Origin: an archaeon
Lineage (GTDB): Archaea; Thermoproteota; Thermoprotei_A; Marsarchaeales; Marsarchaeaceae
Reading direction: 5' to 3'
Assembly: GCA_021817005.1 (NCBI GenBank)
Contig: JAKAWJ010000005.1
Coordinates: 30,352 to 62,351 of the forward strand
DNA: 32,000 nt
Part shown: positions 27,020 through 32,000 of the stretch, in pieces
How the letters are laid out: each line of letters begins with the position of its first letter
Position numbering within the stretch: position 1 is the first letter of the stretch
Translations under genes and position numbers: made by a program
Notes under the pieces: generated by a model
The model's input: the letters and a program-made list of their open reading frames with translations, nothing else
What the model was told of the DNA's origin: nothing
Databases searched by the model: none

Positions 27020-27030
27020 TAAAAAGTTTA
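27020..27030 (-). promoter_or_regulatory. TATA-like box for hsp20
   Basis: Minus strand reads TAAACTTTTTA, then 29 nt, then ATG 26990. Confidence 0.35.
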
Positions 27031-27243
27031 CCTACCCGGGCTTCAGATTCGGCCCGTCTATGTTTACCCGAGGGGAACGTATAGACGCAGTAGTCTCTAG
27101 CTTGTTTTGTTCAATGCAGGTGCAGGCTATTGCGGCAAGAAATTGGAGTTCTTCGAGCTTCAGTGTTGAGCCAGATCCGTCTTTTTCCAAGTTCAGTCGC
27201 ATAGCCCTTATTTGTGCGAAAGAGGGCAATCCTCTGAGTTAAA

Positions 27244-28395
27244 GTGACATTAACCGATACTGCGCCACTGCATAAGGGGCTCGACAATGTCTATGTTTGC
27301 GAGAGCAAGATATGTTTCATAGACGGTGAAAACAGCAGGCTCTACTACAGAGGTTACAGCATTGAGGAGCTCTCGCAAAAATCCACGTTTGAAGAAGTGG
27401 CTTATCTCCTGCTAAATGGGAGTTTGCCTACCGCAAAGAATCTAACAAGCTTTAAAAACGAACTACTTTCGGCTTCTACCCCATCAAGACATCTGTTGGA
27501 GTGGGTGGCCGAGAATTCACGAAACTCTGACCCCATGGACATACTCAGAACTTCCCTCTCGATGCTCTCTATCACAGACAAAGGCTCAGAGAGCGGGGGC
27601 CAGGACGCAAACCTAACCCGAGGAGTGCACATACTTGGCGCCGCTCCTACGATTGTGGCGGCAATTTCTCGCGCTCGCAGAAACCTTTCGACAGTTCCAT
27701 CACCGGGACTTTCTTCTCTAGCTGCAAACTTTTTGGTCATGCACCGCGGTGAGGAGCCAGACGAATTCGACACTAGGGCGATGGATCAGGCACTAATTCT
27801 CCACGCTGAACACGACCTGAACGCGTCAACCTTTTCTGCCATCGTAACAGCATCTACCCTCAGTGATATGTACTCGGCAGTAACTGCGGCAGTGGGCACG
27901 TTGAAGGGGCCGCTCCACGGTGGAGCGAACGAGGCTGCGCTGAGATTCGTGGAGCATGTCGGAACGCCGGCTAACGCGGAGAAGGAAGTGAACGATACGC
28001 TTGACCGCGGTCAAAGGATAATGGGCTTTGGTCATCGTGTCTACAAGAACTATGATCCGAGGTACAAGATTTTGAAGGCGACATCGAAGGAGCTCTGCGA
28101 AAGAAAAGGACTGGCGACGATGTACGCGACTGCGGAAGCCATTGAGAAAGCTGCTGTCGCTAGACTGTCTGACCACAAAATCCTACCGAACGTGGATTTC
28201 TTTTCGGGCATCGTATTCAAAGCGCTGGGCATCGAGACTGAGCTATTCACGCCAGTGTTCACCATGAGCAGAATTTCTGGGTGGGCGGCGCATGTGCTCG
28301 AATACCTTTCGGACAACCGACTAATCAGGCCGAAATCAGTGTACACTGGCGAACTTGACCGGCGCTATATTCCAATTAAGGAGAGAGGCGCATGA
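27244..28395 (+). CDS. gltA: citrate synthase
   Basis: LILHAEHDLNASTF, GTLKGPLHGGANE, MGFGHRVYKNYDPR, PNVDFFSG and RISGWAAHVLE. GTG start. Confidence 0.93.
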   Translation: MTLTDTAPLHKGLDNVYVCESKICFIDGENSRLYYRGYSIEELSQKSTFEEVAYLLLNGSLPTAKNLTSFKNELLSASTPSRHLLEWVAENSRNSDPMDILRTSLSMLSITDKGSESGGQDANLTRGVHILGAAPTIVAAISRARRNLSTVPSPGLSSLAANFLVMHRGEEPDEFDTRAMDQALILHAEHDLNASTFSAIVTASTLSDMYSAVTAAVGTLKGPLHGGANEAALRFVEHVGTPANAEKEVNDTLDRGQRIMGFGHRVYKNYDPRYKILKATSKELCERKGLATMYATAEAIEKAAVARLSDHKILPNVDFFSGIVFKALGIETELFTPVFTMSRISGWAAHVLEYLSDNRLIRPKSVYTGELDRRYIPIKERGA

Positions 28396-28432
28396 GTCCA
28401 GGCTGGCCAGTTGTGAGAGGAGGGAATTCTAA

Positions 28433-28858
28433 GTGAAAGTCAGTCATTTGGTGAAAAGAGCAGCTGTTACCATTACTGAAGGTTCAACCGTGCTCGAAGC
28501 AGTGCGTAAGATGACAGAGGAGAACGTAGGACTTGTGGTCATAGTGGGAGATTCTCCCCGTAAAGCAGTGGGTGTGCTCTCCGAGCGTGACGTCATGCGG
28601 CTAATAGCCCGTGACGGATCGCTTAACACCAGGGTCATGGAAGTCGCGACGCCGAATCCCTTGACGGTGAGAGCCAGCGACGATGTCGCCAAGGCTGCAA
28701 TCGCAATGAGCGAGCACAGAGTGCGACACCTAGTGGTAGTGGATGATGAAGGCCTGCTAGTCGGAGTTATTTCAATAAGGGACCTTCTGGGAGAGAAGGC
28801 AACTATTGAGGCGATAGTTTCCTCGTACAGGCATGAACCAATACCGGGCGGAGATTAG
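28433..28858 (+). CDS. CBS-domain pair protein
   Basis: 141 aa with two CBS repeats (VGLVVIV..VGVLSERDVMR and RHLVVVDDEGLLVGVISIRDLL). GTG start preceded by GAGGAGGG. Confidence 0.85.
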   Translation: MKVSHLVKRAAVTITEGSTVLEAVRKMTEENVGLVVIVGDSPRKAVGVLSERDVMRLIARDGSLNTRVMEVATPNPLTVRASDDVAKAAIAMSEHRVRHLVVVDDEGLLVGVISIRDLLGEKATIEAIVSSYRHEPIPGGD

Positions 28859-29241
28859 ACTGGTTTTTTCGACTCGTACTCTATCAGGCCCTTTTGAAGC
28901 GTTCTCACACCAAGCATGGCACATTTTATCCTCATTGGTGTGAGTGACTCCAACCCGAGCATCTCGAGCACGTCCCTTTGACCCAGTTCAATAACGTCTC
29001 TTATGCTCATTCCCTTCGCTCTCTCCGTAAGCAGAGAGGCAGATGCCATGCTGATCGCGCATCCGGCGCCATCGAATTTGACCTCCTCTAGAACTCTGCC
29101 GTTCAACCGTGCATACATAGTCACCTTGTCTCCGCACAGCGTGTTGGTATCCGAAATTTTTACATCCGGGTTCTCAATCTTCCCTTTGTTGCTCGGGTGC
29201 TCGTAGTGATGAAGAATAGTCTCCTGAAAAATATCGCTCAT
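28855..29241 (-). CDS. sufU: SufU-type (zinc-dependent) Fe-S cluster sulfur-transfer / scaffold protein
   Basis: HHYEHPSNKG, LCGDKV, GAGCAISMASASL and RIKCAML, which are the three Cys plus Asp ligand pattern of SufU/IscU. ATG 29241 lies 7 nt after the sufS stop. The 3' end overlaps the CBS gene stop by 4 nt. Confidence 0.85.
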   Translation of the reverse strand: MSDIFQETILHHYEHPSNKGKIENPDVKISDTNTLCGDKVTMYARLNGRVLEEVKFDGAGCAISMASASLLTERAKGMSIRDVIELGQRDVLEMLGLESLTPMRIKCAMLGVRTLQKGLIEYESKKPV

Positions 29242-29248
29242 GCCTGGA

Positions 29249-30484
29249 CTATGCACGCCTCCCGAATATCTTCCTAACCATGCCGAGTGCTGAAATTAAG
29301 CTATCGATATCTGTGTGATCGTTGTATATATAGAAGGAAGCTCTTGCCGTGGCCGAAACGCCCAGCCAGTCAGCTACTGGCTGCGCGCAATGATGTCCAG
29401 AACGAATGGCTACGCCTTCGCGGTCTAGAATTGTGGCCAAGTCGTGGGGGTGAACCCCTTTCACCTCGAACGAGATAACCCCGCCACGGCGTTCAGGGTC
29501 TCCGGGGCCGAATACCCTCACACCCTCCTGCGATTCCAGTTCCTGGAGCGCATAGGCAGAGAGTCGCTTTTCGTGCTCGCGGACTCGTGACATATCCAGC
29601 CGTCTGAGGTAATCAACCGCTTCCGAAAGCCCGACGGACCCGGCCACGTTCGGTGTCCCTGCTTCGAATTTCTGGGGCGGCTCCGCCCAAGTGGAAGCGT
29701 CCAGCCCTACTTCTTTAATCATCTCTCCACCTCCCTGAAAAGGAGCCATTTCCTCTAACAAGTCGCTCTTCGCGTAGAGTCCGCCTATCCCCATCGGACC
29801 CAGCATTTTGTGCCCAGAAAACGCGTAAAAGTCCGCGCCCAACTCACGAACATCTACAGGCATATGTGGCACCGACTGAGCCCCGTCGACCAGCACCTTT
29901 GAGCCGTTGTCGTGGGCGATCTTGGCGAACTCAGAGGCCGGATTTATCGTCCCAAGAACATTTGAAGCATGGGTGAAGGTGACAAGTTTTGTCCTACGCG
30001 TAATCTTTTCTTTGAAATCTTCGAGCGAAAGCTCGCCTTTGCCACTCAGTTTGACGAAGTCAAGCCTTAGACCATGAGGCTGGAGCAGTTGCCATGGCAC
30101 AATGTTCGAGTGATGCTCCATCTCTGTGGAGAGTATGGTATCACCCTTCTCAAGCCTGGCGAGCGCGTATGAGTACGCCACCATATTTATCGCCTCGGTT
30201 GCGCCTCTTACGAATATGAGCTCCTCCGGTTTCCCGCCTATGAAAGCAGAGATGTTCGCCCTGGATTTTTCATAGAGATCGGTGGCTTCTTCAGCCAGCG
30301 TGTAGGCTCCCCTGTGCACGTTCGAGTTGTATAGGCGGTAAAACTCCGATAACCTGTCTATAACGCAGGAGGGTTTCTGAGTGGTAGCAGCGTTATCCAG
30401 ATAAACAAACCTCTTCCCATGAAATGTTCTCCTTAGTATTGGGAAGTCTTCCCTCAGCCTTTCTGCGTCCAGGCTCATATACAC
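29249..30484 (-). CDS. sufS: cysteine desulfurase, SufS type (group II)
   Basis: YLDNAATTQKP, PLP lysine in FSGHKMLGPMGIGGLY and catalytic Cys in RSGHHCAQP. Confidence 0.92.
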   Translation of the reverse strand: MYMSLDAERLREDFPILRRTFHGKRFVYLDNAATTQKPSCVIDRLSEFYRLYNSNVHRGAYTLAEEATDLYEKSRANISAFIGGKPEELIFVRGATEAINMVAYSYALARLEKGDTILSTEMEHHSNIVPWQLLQPHGLRLDFVKLSGKGELSLEDFKEKITRRTKLVTFTHASNVLGTINPASEFAKIAHDNGSKVLVDGAQSVPHMPVDVRELGADFYAFSGHKMLGPMGIGGLYAKSDLLEEMAPFQGGGEMIKEVGLDASTWAEPPQKFEAGTPNVAGSVGLSEAVDYLRRLDMSRVREHEKRLSAYALQELESQEGVRVFGPGDPERRGGVISFEVKGVHPHDLATILDREGVAIRSGHHCAQPVADWLGVSATARASFYIYNDHTDIDSLISALGMVRKIFGRRA

Positions 30485-30667
30485 AGATTACTGGAGGTGC
30501 TTACTATTTAGTGTTGCCGGTGCGCGTTATGGCGAGCTGTAGCTCGCAACCTATCGTTCAGCATTGATGTTCGTCGAAGTCAGTCGGTGTGGTTGCCGGT
30601 GGTTCACCCTTTGCCTGACCTATCTCGACAAGGTCCGCCTGCCGATGAACTACTCCCATCCCGAGGC

Positions 30668-31729
30668 TTATGATACGACCTGACTGTCTACTTCCGTATT
30701 CCACCATGGGCGTTTCCACGCCTTACTGACCGCAGGAAGCGCTCCCAGAATGTCGGTTGTGGATTCTCGAATTATTTCTGTCTGGGCCTTCGTCAGTCCC
30801 TTGGACCTGAGCCACTCAGTTTGGCAGACCAGATTTTCCAGGTTGAGCCGGACTGTAAGGGCAAGCTTCTCGTCGTGTCTGAGGTAAGATGTCAGTCTTT
30901 GAAGGTCCAATCTGGGTTCTACTTCAAGCCGATGGTTTCGGTCCAGTAAAATTGCGCATACGTCCAGCATGTCTTTTGCTTCCATGCCTATTATGACCAT
31001 TCCTTTTTTGTATCCCTGATGGTTCAGAATCCTGAACTCCTGCCCGGAGGCCTTCAGGCGATCCAACTCGGCATAGTCGAGCTCTGTGATTACTTGGGCC
31101 TTCGTTAAAAGTAGTTTTTCAGGGCCTACCGTGTAAAGGTTTTCCCGAGCTCTTTCGAAATCGCTGGGGAGGATGTCTATGCGATGGCGCATATCTACCG
31201 CGCCCACCAGGATATCCGTTGTGCTTACGACCGCGTCTGATTCAGACACTGCGGTCGCCCCTCTTATTCGGTATCTTGAGCCTCCTCTCAGGGCGTTGAA
31301 CATTTTATCACTATCAGTGAGAAAATAGTGGTACGCATTACCAGTCTGCTCTGAAATATGAGTGAGCATGCGAATCAGTTGCGTGCCGTCTCGTCTCGTG
31401 GATACAAAGTCTGCATCCCCTATTTTGCGGTTGAGTGGACTGCCGCGCTCGTTTGCTGTGGGAGACAGAACCTTCACTGCTCCCCCTCCAACTAGCAGGG
31501 GCATCCCTATGCTGTTTCTGTCTTTCCCTTCCAACTTGGCCGTATTTGCGCTGCTATGAATTGCCCAAAGAGTGACCACGATTCTGCGAATGATTGGTTC
31601 GCTCAAATCGAGATAACCTGGCAAACCCAGTTCGTTCAGGGCGTCCTCTGCGTTTGTCTTTGCTGCCAGGGGAGTGCTCAGTGAGTGAGTGAATCCCGTG
31701 CGCTCCCGATACAGCACTACTAGGCCCAT
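30668..31729 (-). CDS. hypothetical protein, possibly a divergent nucleotidyltransferase-fold protein
   Basis: 353-aa ORF with no competing frame. LLVGGGAVKVLSPTANERGSPLNRKIGDADFV loosely resembles the GG-x-A ... R-x3-D-x-D core of lincosamide/kanamycin-type or PF14907-type nucleotidyltransferases. The product call is a weak inference. Confidence 0.6.
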   Translation of the reverse strand: MGLVVLYRERTGFTHSLSTPLAAKTNAEDALNELGLPGYLDLSEPIIRRIVVTLWAIHSSANTAKLEGKDRNSIGMPLLVGGGAVKVLSPTANERGSPLNRKIGDADFVSTRRDGTQLIRMLTHISEQTGNAYHYFLTDSDKMFNALRGGSRYRIRGATAVSESDAVVSTTDILVGAVDMRHRIDILPSDFERARENLYTVGPEKLLLTKAQVITELDYAELDRLKASGQEFRILNHQGYKKGMVIIGMEAKDMLDVCAILLDRNHRLEVEPRLDLQRLTSYLRHDEKLALTVRLNLENLVCQTEWLRSKGLTKAQTEIIRESTTDILGALPAVSKAWKRPWWNTEVDSQVVS

Positions 31730-31874
31730 GGCTTTAATGGTGTAAGAAAGTTACTCGGCCAGTCTTAGGCATTAGGGTGTCCACGCTTCAGGTTCAGAGC
31801 TCTGCGAAATCTCTGCTAGCTTCTCGCATAAGGCTAATGTGTGGACTAGGCAAGAATTATGGTGGGCCAATTAG

Positions 31875-32000
31875 TTGACAAAGGTTGCAATCGTTGGGGC
31901 GGGTATCTCGCGATTCGGTCGCAGGACAGACGCCAATATGAACGCTCTAGCCTGGGAGTCAGTATCTGCTGCACTAGAGGATGCCGGAATAGAGCAGAAG
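31875..32000 (+). CDS. thiolase (acetyl-CoA acetyltransferase-like), 5' partial at the window edge
   Basis: The frame from TTG 31875 reads MTKVAIVGAGISRFGRRTDANMNALAWESVSAALEDAGIEQK, a typical archaeal thiolase N-terminus. It is open to the window end (42 codons). Confidence 0.7.
   Translation, partial: MTKVAIVGAGISRFGRRTDANMNALAWESVSAALEDAGIEQK

Noticed and set aside
30493-30567. GGAGGTG (30493-30499) followed by a 19-codon plus-strand ORF from GTG 30511 (MLPVRVMASCSSQPIVQH).
   Set aside because: The ORF is tiny, the spacing is 11 nt, and it spans the palindrome. GGAGGTG is just as likely a chance match in the sufS promoter region.
1-32000. CRISPR arrays, transposases/integrases/IS ends, prophage genes, toxin-antitoxin pairs and known defence-system genes.
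   Set aside because: I saw no regularly spaced repeats, and no recombinase, nuclease or defence motifs in any ORF of 60 aa or more. The two NTase-like proteins lack the effector or sensor partners expected for CBASS-like systems.

Overview
Gene-dense, mostly core-genome segment that looks like a thermophilic archaeon. The archaeal, thermophile call rests on an intact reverse gyrase, A/T-rich TATA-like boxes about 26-29 nt upstream of several first-gene start codons (leaderless-type mRNAs), GGTG/GGAGG ribosome-binding sites only in front of internal operon genes, and an archaeal-type GlmU. A TACK/Thermoproteota (Aigarchaeota- or Thaumarchaeota-like) origin is only a guess. All product calls come from motif recognition by eye on the supplied translations; no searches were run.

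Content in order:
- sugar-1-P nucleotidyltransferase
- grpE-dnaK-dnaJ plus a small M50 metalloprotease
- HAD-IIA phosphatase and a small membrane protein
- glmS plus a glmU-like gene
- reverse gyrase
- two small membrane proteins
- a 526-nt non-coding stretch
- an overlapping GT2 glycosyltransferase / Pol-beta-type nucleotidyltransferase pair
- ilvE
- an sdhA-x-x-sdhB operon with two atypical small membrane subunits
- MOFRL glycerate kinase
- two tandem crotonases
- a small tail-anchored protein overlapping an ABC1/UbiB kinase
- hsp20, citrate synthase and a CBS protein
- sufS-sufU
- an orphan 353-aa protein
- the start of a thiolase

I found no rRNA, tRNA, CRISPR array, transposase, integrase or recognisable defence genes. 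I cannot point to a clear novel multi-gene system. The best candidates for something undescribed are:
1. The accessory-looking block 13777-16867 (GT2 + nucleotidyltransferase, a long repeat-bearing non-coding region, and small membrane proteins).
2. The dnaK-dnaJ junction, where the J-domain has no canonical start codon and is in frame with the dnaK stop.
3. The small protein translationally coupled to the ABC1 kinase.
4. The unusual sdh membrane subunits.
5. The orphan 353-aa protein.
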